A program made the translations under genes and the position numbers. From Candidatus Omnitrophota bacterium (GTDB taxonomy: Bacteria; Omnitrophota; Gorgyraeia; Gygaellales; Profunditerraquicolaceae), in NCBI GenBank assembly GCA_049517335.1, contig JBEKSD010000012.1:1-58377 (forward strand): a stretch of 58,377 nt of DNA, written 5' to 3'. Below, one piece after another: positions 27,921 to 37,620 of the stretch. Below the pieces are notes generated by a model. It saw only the letters and a program-made list of their open reading frames with translations. It was not told the origin of the DNA and did no database searches. The stretch's first letter is position 1. Every line of letters starts with the position of its first letter.

Positions 27921-28832
27921 ATGAAAAATTTGATTTCAATTAATGATTTGAGTACTAAAGAAATTGGCGATATTTTTGCGCTTACAGATAAATTAAAGCA
28001 GAATAAAAAGAAATTCAATAAAGTTCTATCCGGCAAAACGTTGGCGCTTATTTTTCAAAAGCCGTCCAACAGGACAAGGGTATCATTTGAGGTGGGGTGT
28101 TTTCAACTCGGAGGAAATTCCATATATTTGTCCCCGGGAGAGATTAATCTTGGGGTGAGGGAATCAATAGCTGATGTCGCCAAGACGCTTTCCAGATATG
28201 TTGACGCCATCGTTTTAAGGACCTTTGAGCATAAAACCATCCTTGATATGAGCCAAGCTGCGACTGTGCCGGTAATCAACGGCCTGTCGGACTTTTCGCA
28301 TCCTTGCCAGGCACTGGCTGACGTCTATACGATTAAGGAAAAATTAAAGACGTTAAAAGGAAAAACTCTTAGCTTTATCGGGGACGGGAATAATGTTTGT
28401 AATTCTTTACTCATGATTTGCGCAAAGACAGGGCTTAATATGAATGTCGGGACTCCCGCAGGCTATGAGCCGGATAAAAACGTGGTGCAGTCAGCGATTA
28501 AAGAAACGAAGAAATCAGGGGCGGTTATAAATCTTTTTAATAATCCGAAAGAAGCGGTTACGGGTGCAGACGTTTTATATACCGATGTTTGGACAAGTAT
28601 GGGGCAGGAAAAAGAAGCACAAGAGAGAAAAGTAATTTTTAAGGATTTCCAAATTAACGCAAATTTGATAAAATCGGCAAATAATGGCGCATTGATTATG
28701 CATTGCCTTCCCGCGCACAGGGGCGAAGAGATAACCGCTGAAGTGATTGATAGCCTGAATTCGGTTGTTTTTGACCAAGCGGAAAACAGGATGCATGTGC
28801 AGAAGGCAGTCTTAATAAAACTATTGGGCTAG
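27921..28832 (+). CDS. argF: Ornithine carbamoyltransferase
   Basis: Motifs S.RTRVSFE, HPCQALAD, DVWTSMG and HCLP. Confidence 0.94.
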   Translation: MKNLISINDLSTKEIGDIFALTDKLKQNKKKFNKVLSGKTLALIFQKPSNRTRVSFEVGCFQLGGNSIYLSPGEINLGVRESIADVAKTLSRYVDAIVLRTFEHKTILDMSQAATVPVINGLSDFSHPCQALADVYTIKEKLKTLKGKTLSFIGDGNNVCNSLLMICAKTGLNMNVGTPAGYEPDKNVVQSAIKETKKSGAVINLFNNPKEAVTGADVLYTDVWTSMGQEKEAQERKVIFKDFQINANLIKSANNGALIMHCLPAHRGEEITAEVIDSLNSVVFDQAENRMHVQKAVLIKLLG

Positions 28833-28837
28833 TGCAG

Positions 28838-28883
28838 CAAGCTAGGGACTATCCCCGAAGGGGACTTGTCCCGCGACAAGCTA
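28838..28883. repeat. 32-bp palindromic mini-element flanked by a 7-bp direct repeat
   Basis: CAAGCTA [GGGACTATCCCCGAAGGGGACTTGTCCCGCGA] CAAGCTA. Confidence 0.55.
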
Positions 28884-28906
28884 ACGGTTAATTGGGAGAA
28901 ATGTAA

Positions 28907-30088
28907 ATGAAGAAAGTAGTGCTTGCTTATTCAGGAGGTTTGGATACTTCGTGTATCGTTAAATGGCTCAGCCAACGCGGATATCAGGTCATCTGTTTTG
29001 TCGCTGATCTTGGCCAGGGTCTAGGTAGAGGCGAAGATTTAGGCGCCATAGAAAAGAGGGCGCTTGCCGCGGGTGCAGAAAAAATTTACATCAAGGACCT
29101 ACAGGATGAGTTTATTGAAGACTTTATAATACCGGCGTTAAAAGCCGGAGCTATTTATGAAGGAAAATATTTATTGGCTACTGCGTTGGGCAGGCCGTTG
29201 ATTGCAAAATATTTGGTGGATATCGCGCATAAAGAAAAAGCGGATGCGGTGGCTCATGGCTGTACCGGAAAAGGCAATGATCAGGTAAGGCTTGAAGTGA
29301 CTGCCGGAATACTGGATCCGAAATTGGAAGTCCTGGCGCCGGTAAGGGAATGGGAGTTTAAGTCAAGAGAAGAGGAAATTGAGTACGCTAAAAATAATAA
29401 TATTCCGATAGATGTTACCAGAAAGAAGCCATATAGTATTGACAGGAATATCTGGGGAATAAGTATTGAGGCCGGAGTGCTGGAAGATTTGGAACAGGAG
29501 CCTCCGGAAGACGCGTATTTGATTACTAAGAGCCCAGGCGGCCAGTCGAGTTATCCGAAATATATTGAAGTGTATTTTGAAAAGGGAATACCTAAGAAGA
29601 TAGACGGGAAAAGCTGCAAATTAAAAACGCTGATCAGCCACCTTAACGAAGTAGGCGGTCTTTATGGCGTAGGCAGGAGCGACTGTATAGAAAACAGGTT
29701 GGTCGGCATTAAGTCTAGGGAAATTTATGAGGCCCCTGCCGCAACCATTCTTTATATTGCACATAAAGAATTGGAGAGTTTGGTCCTGGATAAGGAACTC
29801 TCCCATTTTAAGGAGATTATTTCTTTAAAATACTCGGAGTTAATCTATAACGGGTTGTGGTACTCTCATTTGAAAGATTCACTTGATGTTTTTATTAATG
29901 CCACGCAGAAATATGTTACCGGCACGATAAAGTTGAAATTATTCAAAGGAAGCTGCACGGCGGTATCCAGAAAGTCGCCACATTCGCTTTACAAAAAAGA
30001 ATTGAGCACTTACGGCAAAGAGGATAAATTTGACCAAAAGTTAGCCGAGGGCTTCATCAAAATCTGGGCCATGCCGTATAAAAGATAG
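28907..30088 (+). CDS. argG: Argininosuccinate synthase
   Basis: Motifs LAYSGGLDTS, HGCTGKGNDQVR and ENRLVGIKSREIYE. Confidence 0.97.
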   Translation: MKKVVLAYSGGLDTSCIVKWLSQRGYQVICFVADLGQGLGRGEDLGAIEKRALAAGAEKIYIKDLQDEFIEDFIIPALKAGAIYEGKYLLATALGRPLIAKYLVDIAHKEKADAVAHGCTGKGNDQVRLEVTAGILDPKLEVLAPVREWEFKSREEEIEYAKNNNIPIDVTRKKPYSIDRNIWGISIEAGVLEDLEQEPPEDAYLITKSPGGQSSYPKYIEVYFEKGIPKKIDGKSCKLKTLISHLNEVGGLYGVGRSDCIENRLVGIKSREIYEAPAATILYIAHKELESLVLDKELSHFKEIISLKYSELIYNGLWYSHLKDSLDVFINATQKYVTGTIKLKLFKGSCTAVSRKSPHSLYKKELSTYGKEDKFDQKLAEGFIKIWAMPYKR

Positions 30089-30103
30089 GTTTAAGGAGAG
30101 AAA

Positions 30104-31480
30104 ATGTCTAAGAAATTATGGGGGAGCAGGTTCCCTAGGGCTACAAACGCATTAACGGACAGGTTTACTTCCAGTATATCTTTTGACAAGAGGCTGGCGT
30201 TTTATGATGTCTTGGGAAGTATTGTCCATGCTAAGATGCTGGGCAAGCAGAAGATTATTCCCTTAAAAGATTCCCTTAAAATAGTCAAAGGTCTGAACGG
30301 GATATTAAAAGACGTCAAAAATAAAAAATTCAAATTTGACCCCAAGGCAGAAGATATTCATTCCAACATTCAGGATTTACTGGCTAAGAAAATCGGCCCT
30401 GTTGCGCACAGGCTACATACTGCAAGGTCGCGCAATGACCAGATTGTTCTTGATATTAAGCTTTATCTTAAAGATGAGATTGATAATTTAGCTGATTTTA
30501 TTTCCGAGTTTCAGAAATCAATTTTGAAATTAGCTAAAAATAACCTGAAGGTGATTATCCCGGGCTATACGCACCTTCAGGGCGCCCAATGCGTGCTCCT
30601 TGCGCATCACCTATTGGCTTATCTTGAAGCTTTGGAAAGGGATAAGCTCAGATTCATTGATGCAAGGAAAAGGATTAATCTTATGCCTCTGGGCGCCTGT
30701 GCTTTATCCGGGACAAGCCTACCTATTAATAGGGATTTTGTAAGCAGAGAACTTAAATTTGATGCAGCAACGGCAAACAGCATTGATAGCGTAAGCGATA
30801 GGGACTATATTATTGAAACATTAGCCGGTCTCTCAATTCTGTCGGTCCATTTGTCCAGGATCGCGGAGGATTTAATACTATGGTCCACAAAAGAATTCAA
30901 TTTCATAGATATTGATTTTTCTTTTTGTACCGGTTCAAGCATTATGCCGCATAAAAAGAACCCGGACGTCCTTGAGTTGATCAGGGGCTCGGCGGGCAAA
31001 ATTCAGGGTGATTTATCAAATGTGCTGATATTGATGAAGGGTCTTCCTCTATCATACAACAGGGATTTACAGTTAGATAAGCCTCCCCTTTTTGACGCGA
31101 TTGATACAGTAAAGGACATTCTGGAAATACTTATGGCGCTTTTTTCCAATGTCGTAGTTGAGAAAGAAGCGATTAGCTCAAGGATTTTAGACGAATCGTT
31201 ATTTTCCGTAGATGTCGTGGAATATTTGATTAAAAAAGGCGTATCTTACAGGCAGGCGCATGATATCGTAGGCAAGATGGTAAAGGAAGGCCTTGATAAA
31301 GGCAGGCCGATCTCCGCGTTAACCGTAAAAGAACTTAAGGAGTTTTCTCCCAGGCTGGACAGCGATGTGAAGAAGATTTTAAATGCTTGGGCGTCGGTTA
31401 ACTTAAAAACTTCTTACGGCGGCACGAGTCCTAAACAGGTTGAAAAACAGATTAAATTCTGGTCAAAGCAATTAAAATAA
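30104..31480 (+). CDS. argH: Argininosuccinate lyase
   Basis: Motifs HTARSRNDQ, PGYTHLQ and GSSIMPHKKNPD. Confidence 0.96.
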   Translation: MSKKLWGSRFPRATNALTDRFTSSISFDKRLAFYDVLGSIVHAKMLGKQKIIPLKDSLKIVKGLNGILKDVKNKKFKFDPKAEDIHSNIQDLLAKKIGPVAHRLHTARSRNDQIVLDIKLYLKDEIDNLADFISEFQKSILKLAKNNLKVIIPGYTHLQGAQCVLLAHHLLAYLEALERDKLRFIDARKRINLMPLGACALSGTSLPINRDFVSRELKFDAATANSIDSVSDRDYIIETLAGLSILSVHLSRIAEDLILWSTKEFNFIDIDFSFCTGSSIMPHKKNPDVLELIRGSAGKIQGDLSNVLILMKGLPLSYNRDLQLDKPPLFDAIDTVKDILEILMALFSNVVVEKEAISSRILDESLFSVDVVEYLIKKGVSYRQAHDIVGKMVKEGLDKGRPISALTVKELKEFSPRLDSDVKKILNAWASVNLKTSYGGTSPKQVEKQIKFWSKQLK

Positions 31481-31482
31481 TT

Positions 31483-32754
31483 ATGCACGAGTTCAGATAT
31501 AAAAATAACCGGTTATACTGCGAAGGGATGAGCGTTGAAGAGTTAGCAGTCAGGTGCGGTACCCCGCTTTATGTTTACAGCTACCGCACCTTAATCGACC
31601 ATTTCTTAAAGCTAAAAAAGGCCTTTCGCAGCGTCAGCCCGCTTATCTGCTATTCGGTAAAAGCAAACTCTAATCTTGCAATCCTGAAAGCCCTGGTAGA
31701 AAAAGGCGCGGGGCTTGATATTGTTTCCGGAGGTGAGCTCTACCGCGCGCTTAAAGTGGGATGCCCTGCGCAAAGGATTGTTTATGCCTCTGTCGGAAAG
31801 ACTGATAGGGAAATAGAAGAGGCGATTGTGCATAAGATCTTATTTTTTAATGTTGAAAGCGTCCCGGAGCTGGAAAATATTAACCGGATTTCAAGGAAAC
31901 TAAACAGGGTTACTCAGGTTGCCATACGTATTAATCCGGATGTGGAGCCAAAGACCCATAAATATATTACGACGGGAAAACTTACCAATAAGTTCGGGAT
32001 TGACTTTAAAAGCGCCGAGCAGATTCTCTTGGTGCGTAATGCCCTTTCTAATGTAAGGATTTCCGGCTTGCATATCCATATCGGTTCGCAGATTACCGAG
32101 AGCGAGCCCTATATTAGCGCGGTTACCAAAATAATAAATTTCGTTAAGAAACTAAAAAGAAAAGGGATCAGGCTGGAATACCTTAATATCGGTGGCGGCT
32201 TAGGGATAACTTATAATAATGAGACTCCCCAGACCGCGAATGCCTTTGCCCGGAAAATTATGCCGCTGCTTAAGGTATCGGGTTTAAAAATAATCATGGA
32301 GCCGGGTAGGTTCATAGTGGGCAACGCCGGCATCCTGGTGACAAAAGTCCTGTACATCAAATCTACTCCGGAGAAAAAATTTATTATAGTGGACGCGGGC
32401 ATGAATGACCTTATCCGACCTGCTCTTTATGGTGCGTATCATGAGGTTTTACCGTTACGGGTTGCGGCTGGGAAGTTAGCGGCTGGCGCTAAATATGATA
32501 TTGTCGGCCCAATATGCGAAAGTGGGGATTTTTTTGCCAAAGAAAGAAAACTGGTAGGGGTTAAAGAAGGGGAATATCTGGCAATAATGAGCGCCGGAGC
32601 GTACGGCTTCAGCATGTCTTCAAATTATAACTCCCGCCGCAGGGCAGGAGAGGTTATGGTTTTATGGGATAAAGCTTATTCCATCAGAAAAAGGGAGAGT
32701 TTTAAGGATTTGACGGCAAACGAAGTTATTCCGCCATTTTCTTCTTTACTGTAA
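31483..32754 (+). CDS. lysA: Diaminopimelate decarboxylase
   Basis: Motifs YSVKAN, HIGSQI, EPGR, GPICESGD and GAYG. Confidence 0.96.
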   Translation: MHEFRYKNNRLYCEGMSVEELAVRCGTPLYVYSYRTLIDHFLKLKKAFRSVSPLICYSVKANSNLAILKALVEKGAGLDIVSGGELYRALKVGCPAQRIVYASVGKTDREIEEAIVHKILFFNVESVPELENINRISRKLNRVTQVAIRINPDVEPKTHKYITTGKLTNKFGIDFKSAEQILLVRNALSNVRISGLHIHIGSQITESEPYISAVTKIINFVKKLKRKGIRLEYLNIGGGLGITYNNETPQTANAFARKIMPLLKVSGLKIIMEPGRFIVGNAGILVTKVLYIKSTPEKKFIIVDAGMNDLIRPALYGAYHEVLPLRVAAGKLAAGAKYDIVGPICESGDFFAKERKLVGVKEGEYLAIMSAGAYGFSMSSNYNSRRRAGEVMVLWDKAYSIRKRESFKDLTANEVIPPFSSLL

Positions 32755-33552
32755 ATGAAAAAAATTAATTTTACTAAAATGGTTGCTGCCGGTAACGACT
32801 TTGTGGTAGTCAGGCAAGAACTATCAGGTAATTTAGTAAAGTTAGCGCAGGCAATATGCGACAGAAAATTCGGCATTGGCGCAGACGGTTTGTTAGTTTT
32901 GGAGAAATCCGGAAAAGCCGATATACGTCTGCGGATATTTAATACTGACGGCTCAGAAGCCGAGATGTGCGGCAACGGAGCGCGCTGTGTTGCGCTTTAC
33001 GCAGCTAAATTGCTCAGGAAATCGGTTTTAAATATCGAAACCAAATCCGGAGTTATTAAGGCTCTAGTAAAAGGTAGTATTGTTAAGGTTAAATTAACTG
33101 AGCCGAAAAATATAAAACTTAATTTATCCGTTAAGCTTTCGGGAAGGAATTTATTGCTTAATTCTATTAATACAGGAGTTCCTCACGCAGTAATATTCAG
33201 CGCTGGCCTGGATAAAATCAATGTTAAAGAAATAGGCCGCCTTATCCGGTATCATAAAGCTTTTTTCCCGAAAGGCGCTAACGTAAATTTTGTAGAAGTA
33301 ACCGGTAATAATTCCATTAAAGTGCGCACCTATGAAAGAGGGGTTGAGGATGAAACTTTAGCCTGCGGCACGGGTTCAACCGCTTCAGCGCTCATTTTCG
33401 CGCTAAAAAACGGCGCGAAAAATAAGGTTAACGTCAAGACCCGCGGCGGCGAAGTCCTGAAAATATATTTTAAGAATAACTTTAACGCATTAAGCGATAT
33501 TTGGCTGGAAGGGAATGTTAAGACAGTATACAAAGGAGAGTACAATGTTTAG
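32755..33552 (+). CDS. dapF: Diaminopimelate epimerase
   Basis: Motifs GNDF, EMCGNGARC and ERGVEDETLACGTG. Confidence 0.96.
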   Translation: MKKINFTKMVAAGNDFVVVRQELSGNLVKLAQAICDRKFGIGADGLLVLEKSGKADIRLRIFNTDGSEAEMCGNGARCVALYAAKLLRKSVLNIETKSGVIKALVKGSIVKVKLTEPKNIKLNLSVKLSGRNLLLNSINTGVPHAVIFSAGLDKINVKEIGRLIRYHKAFFPKGANVNFVEVTGNNSIKVRTYERGVEDETLACGTGSTASALIFALKNGAKNKVNVKTRGGEVLKIYFKNNFNALSDIWLEGNVKTVYKGEYNV

Positions 33553-34426
33553 AGGCTCAATAGTAGCCATAGTTACTCCGTTTGTAAACGGAAAAGTTGA
33601 CGAAAAGAGATTCAGGGATTTAGTTGAATTCCAGATAAAAAATGGCACAAGCGGTATTGTGCCTTGCGGCACAACCGGGGAATCTGCCACGCTTTCTTTT
33701 CAGGAACATGAGCGCGTGATTGAAATTACCATTGAGCAAGCCAAAAAAAGGGTTCCGGTTATCGCTGGCACGGGTTCAAATTCTACAGAGGAAGCGATAG
33801 CTTTGACTAAAGAAGCGGAGAAGGCGGGTGCGGATGCATCTTTACAGGTTTCGCCCTATTATAACCGGCCGACGCAGACAGGGCTTTATGAGCATTTTAA
33901 AGCAATTGCAGATTCTGTGAAAATTCCGATTATCCTCTATAATATCGCTTCACGCACAGGAGTAAATATTGAACCGGAAACAATGGCAAAACTTGCTAAT
34001 AATTGCAGGAATATTGTGGCGGTTAAGGAGGCTTCCGGAAGCTTAGACCAGATGTCGCGTATAAAACAATTATGCCCGAAAAACTTGGAACTGATTTCAG
34101 GTGACGATAGTTTAACCTTGCCTGTTTTAAGCATAGGCGGCAAAGGGATTATTTCGGTTGCGGCGAATATAGCCCCAAAAGACGTGGCGGAGTTAGTCAA
34201 TGAGTTTGAGAAAGGTAATATTAAAAGGGCACAGGAGATACATTATAAATTGCTCCCTTTAATAAAAGCTCTTTTTATTGAAACTAATCCTATACCGGTT
34301 AAAACCGCTATGGGGCTGCTGGGGATGTGCGAGCCGGATTTAAGATTACCGATGTGCGGTATGTCTTTGGAAAACAAAGAAAAATTAAGAAAGGCATTGA
34401 TAGATTACGGCCTGCTTAAAACCTAA
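33545..34426 (+). CDS. dapA: 4-hydroxy-tetrahydrodipicolinate synthase
   Basis: Motifs GTTGES, PYYNRP, LYN, KEASG and NPIPVK. GGAG precedes ATG 33545. Confidence 0.96.
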   Translation: MFRGSIVAIVTPFVNGKVDEKRFRDLVEFQIKNGTSGIVPCGTTGESATLSFQEHERVIEITIEQAKKRVPVIAGTGSNSTEEAIALTKEAEKAGADASLQVSPYYNRPTQTGLYEHFKAIADSVKIPIILYNIASRTGVNIEPETMAKLANNCRNIVAVKEASGSLDQMSRIKQLCPKNLELISGDDSLTLPVLSIGGKGIISVAANIAPKDVAELVNEFEKGNIKRAQEIHYKLLPLIKALFIETNPIPVKTAMGLLGMCEPDLRLPMCGMSLENKEKLRKALIDYGLLKT

Positions 34427-34466
34427 AAAAGGAGACAGGCTCCTTGGAGCCTGTCTCCTTTTTTAG
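34423..34466. repeat. Perfect 21-bp inverted repeat (terminator-like) between dapA and dapB
   Basis: CTAAAAAAGGAGACAGGCTCC-TT-GGAGCCTGTCTCCTTTTTTAG. Confidence 0.75.
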
Positions 34467-34480
34467 AAGGAAGAGGGAAG

Positions 34481-35203
34481 ATGATAAAATTAGGTATTGC
34501 CGGCGTTTGCGGAAAGATGGGCAGAAGGATTTTTGAACTTGCTTCAATGGATAAAGATTTTGATTTATCCCTTGCCTTAGAAAAAAAAGGCACTCCTATG
34601 ATCGGTAAAGACATAGGTAAGCTTAAGATTTCTTCTACTTATGACGGTATTTTCTTAGTAGATGTTTTTATTGATTTTACTGTTCCTGAGGCTAGTGAGG
34701 TAAATTTGGATTACATCGCGAAATATAAGAAGCCGCTTGTATTGGGGACTACCGGACTATCCGACGGGCAGATAAGAAAAGTAGAAGAAATTTCAAAATT
34801 CGTGCCGATAGTTTTTAGCCCCAATATGTCCATAGGAGTAAATGTGCTTTTTGGAATATTACCTGAGTTTGCCAAAAGATTAGGCCCGGATTATAACATT
34901 GAAATAGTTGAGGCGCACCATAAAGCTAAAAAAGATTCTCCTTCAGGCACCGCCAAGAAGATGGGGCAGATTTTGGCGGATACGACCAAAAAGGAAATTC
35001 CTATTCATGCCATACGGCTTGGCGACATTGTCGGAGATCATACGGTTATTTTCTGCGGAAATTCGGAACGTATTGAAATCAGGCATCAGGCGCATTCACG
35101 CGACCTTTTTGCGGCAGGCGCATTGAAAGCGGCAAAATGGGTGGCTAATAAGCCTGCGGGGTTGTATTCTATGCAGGATGTGTTAAAGGGGGAAAAGGGA
35201 TAA
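34481..35203 (+). CDS. dapB: 4-hydroxy-tetrahydrodipicolinate reductase
   Basis: Motifs GKMG, GTTG and EAHHKAKKDSPSGTA. Confidence 0.96.
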   Translation: MIKLGIAGVCGKMGRRIFELASMDKDFDLSLALEKKGTPMIGKDIGKLKISSTYDGIFLVDVFIDFTVPEASEVNLDYIAKYKKPLVLGTTGLSDGQIRKVEEISKFVPIVFSPNMSIGVNVLFGILPEFAKRLGPDYNIEIVEAHHKAKKDSPSGTAKKMGQILADTTKKEIPIHAIRLGDIVGDHTVIFCGNSERIEIRHQAHSRDLFAAGALKAAKWVANKPAGLYSMQDVLKGEKG

Positions 35204-35206
35204 AAA

Positions 35207-36367
35207 ATGTTTAAGCTTTCCAAAAGAATTAATTCACTACCTCCGTACTTGTTTTTAGAAATTGATAGGGCAAAAAGAAAAGCCCGCGCCGAAGGGCGCG
35301 ATATTATTGACTTTGGTATAGGAGACCCGGATCAGCCCACGCCAAAACATATTATAGAAACACTATATCGGGCCGCACAGGATCCTACTAACCACCGTTA
35401 TGCGCTTGATCAGGGTATGCCGGCGTTAAGACGCGCTATTGAAGGCTGGTATAAAAGAAGATTTAATATAAATTTAAACCCTGATACCGAAATTCTTCCT
35501 TTGATCGGCTCCAAAGAAGGAATCGCTCATTTTCCGGTTGCCTTTTTAAACAATGGCGATTATACGCTTATGCCTGATCCGTGCTATCCTCCATATAAAG
35601 GCGGGACAATTTTAGCCGGTGGAAAACCGTATCTTATGCCACTCCTGGAAGAGAACGGCTTCCTGCCTGATTTAAAGAAAATTCCTCTTGCTATCCGCAG
35701 AAAAGCAAGAATAATTTATATAAATTATCCGAATAATCCTACTGCAGCCTGCGCCGATAAAAATTTTTATAAGGAAGTGGTAAAATTTGCCAAGTCCAAT
35801 AAATTAATCGTTGTCTCTGACTTTGCTTATTCTGAAATTAGCTATGACGGTTATAAGCCGCCCAGTTTTCTGGAAGTTGAAGGAGCGAGGGAGGTAGCCG
35901 TGGAGTTCCATTCCCTTTCAAAAACATACAATATGACCGGTTGGCGCCTGGGTTGGGCTTGTGGAAATTCTCAACTGGTCTCGGCTTTGGCAAAAGTGAA
36001 ATCAAATGTTGATTCCGGTATTTTCTCAGCGGTTCAGGTAGCTGGGGTAGCAGCGCTTGAGGGGCCGCAGGAGCATATCGTCAATATGTGCTCAATGTAT
36101 GAAGAAAGGCGCAATGTTTTAATCAAAGGTCTGGCTTCTCTTGGCTGGCAGGCGAATTTGCCAAAAGCTACTTTTTATGTTTGGATTAAAATTCCCGAAG
36201 GCAATGATTCTATCAAATTTACCGCGCGCCTTTTGGAGAAAGCGGATATCGTAGTTACTCCTGGAGTAGGTTTCGGCAAATACGGCGAAGGTTATATTCG
36301 CATGGCCCTGACGGTAGCTAAGGGAAGAATTAATGAGGCGTTCATGCGCCTTGAGAAATTAAAATAA
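35207..36367 (+). CDS. dapL: LL-diaminopimelate aminotransferase (class I PLP)
   Basis: LPPYLF, IGSKEGIAH, NYPNNPT and SLSKTYNMTGWR. Lies in a dap operon that lacks dapD/dapE. Confidence 0.85.
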   Translation: MFKLSKRINSLPPYLFLEIDRAKRKARAEGRDIIDFGIGDPDQPTPKHIIETLYRAAQDPTNHRYALDQGMPALRRAIEGWYKRRFNINLNPDTEILPLIGSKEGIAHFPVAFLNNGDYTLMPDPCYPPYKGGTILAGGKPYLMPLLEENGFLPDLKKIPLAIRRKARIIYINYPNNPTAACADKNFYKEVVKFAKSNKLIVVSDFAYSEISYDGYKPPSFLEVEGAREVAVEFHSLSKTYNMTGWRLGWACGNSQLVSALAKVKSNVDSGIFSAVQVAGVAALEGPQEHIVNMCSMYEERRNVLIKGLASLGWQANLPKATFYVWIKIPEGNDSIKFTARLLEKADIVVTPGVGFGKYGEGYIRMALTVAKGRINEAFMRLEKLK

Positions 36368-36768
36368 TGCCGATTTGTTTTTTAGGGATAGGTTCCAATC
36401 TTGGACAAAGGCGTAAAAATATTGAATCAGCTTTAGAGAGAATCAGCGGTTTGAAAAATACAAAGATAATTAAACTTTCTAAAATCAGGGAAACCGAACC
36501 GGTCGGCGGGCCGGGGGGGCAGAAAAAATTCCTGAACGCCGTCCTTAAGATTGATACGCAACTTTTGCCTTCAGATTTATTAAGAAAACTTCAGAAGATA
36601 GAAAAGGAGCTTGGCCGCAGGAAGGCCGTGCGTTGGGGGCCAAGGACAATCGATTTGGATATATTGCTTTACGGTGATAAAATCATTACGAGAAAAGAAT
36701 TAAAAATCCCTCATCCAAGATTGATGGAGAGGGATTTTGTTTTAAAGCCGCTTTTGGATTTATTATGA
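36367..36768 (+). CDS. folK: HPPK (6-hydroxymethyl-7,8-dihydropterin pyrophosphokinase)
   Basis: Motifs GIGSNLG, FLNAV, WGPRTIDLDIL and IPHP. Confidence 0.95.
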   Translation: MPICFLGIGSNLGQRRKNIESALERISGLKNTKIIKLSKIRETEPVGGPGGQKKFLNAVLKIDTQLLPSDLLRKLQKIEKELGRRKAVRWGPRTIDLDILLYGDKIITRKELKIPHPRLMERDFVLKPLLDLL

Positions 36769-37610
36769 AAATTATCCGTAGTCTTAACTTGATGACTAAG
36801 TCGGCTTTTATCCAGAAGAGAGGAAATAAGTCGGTAGGTTTTGTCCCGACTATGGGCGCTTTACATGAAGGACACTTAAGCTTAATTAGGCAGGCCCGCC
36901 GTGATAATGATATTGTCGTGGTGAGTGTTTTTGTTAACCCTAGTCAGTTCGGTCCGAAAGAAGACTTCAAAATTTATCCGCGCCCGATAAAAAAGGATAT
37001 AACGTTATGCCGTAAAGAGGGAGTGGATTTCTTATTTTATCCGCAAGAGCGCCTTATGTATCCAGCAGGTTTTAGGACTTACGTTACTGTTGAAGGTTTA
37101 AGCAGCGTGCTTTGCGGAAAATCAAGGCCATTACATTTCCGGGGCGTGGCCACCGTGGTGTTGAAACTTTTCAATATTATCCGTCCGGATATTGCTTATT
37201 TCGGGAAAAAAGATTTTCAACAGGTAACGGTAATTAAACGGATGGTTTCTGATCTGAATATTCCCGTAAAGATTAAGCTAATGCCCATTATCCGGGAAAA
37301 ATCAGGTCTTGCTTTAAGCTCGCGGAATAATTACCTGAATAAGGAAGAGAAAAAGACTGCGTTAGTCCTTACCCGCGCTTTGCATTTAGCGGATATCTTG
37401 ATTAGGGGTGGGTTAAGGGATAGTAAAAGGTTGATTAGTAGGATGAAGATGCTCATTGAAAAAGAAAAAAGGGCTAAGCTTGATTATGCCGTGATAGTCA
37501 ACAAAGCAAACCTCGAGCCTGTAAAAAAAATATCGGCAAATTCAATAATCGCTTTGGCAGTATGGGTAAACAAGACTCGGCTAATAGATAACATGGAAAT
37601 TCGCAATTAG
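36765..37610 (+). CDS. panC: Pantoate--beta-alanine ligase
   Basis: Motifs PTMGALHEGH, FVNPSQF, GKKDFQQ, LSSRN and RLIDN. Confidence 0.96.
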   Translation: MKIIRSLNLMTKSAFIQKRGNKSVGFVPTMGALHEGHLSLIRQARRDNDIVVVSVFVNPSQFGPKEDFKIYPRPIKKDITLCRKEGVDFLFYPQERLMYPAGFRTYVTVEGLSSVLCGKSRPLHFRGVATVVLKLFNIIRPDIAYFGKKDFQQVTVIKRMVSDLNIPVKIKLMPIIREKSGLALSSRNNYLNKEEKKTALVLTRALHLADILIRGGLRDSKRLISRMKMLIEKEKRAKLDYAVIVNKANLEPVKKISANSIIALAVWVNKTRLIDNMEIRN

Positions 37611-37620
37611 GGATATTTTT

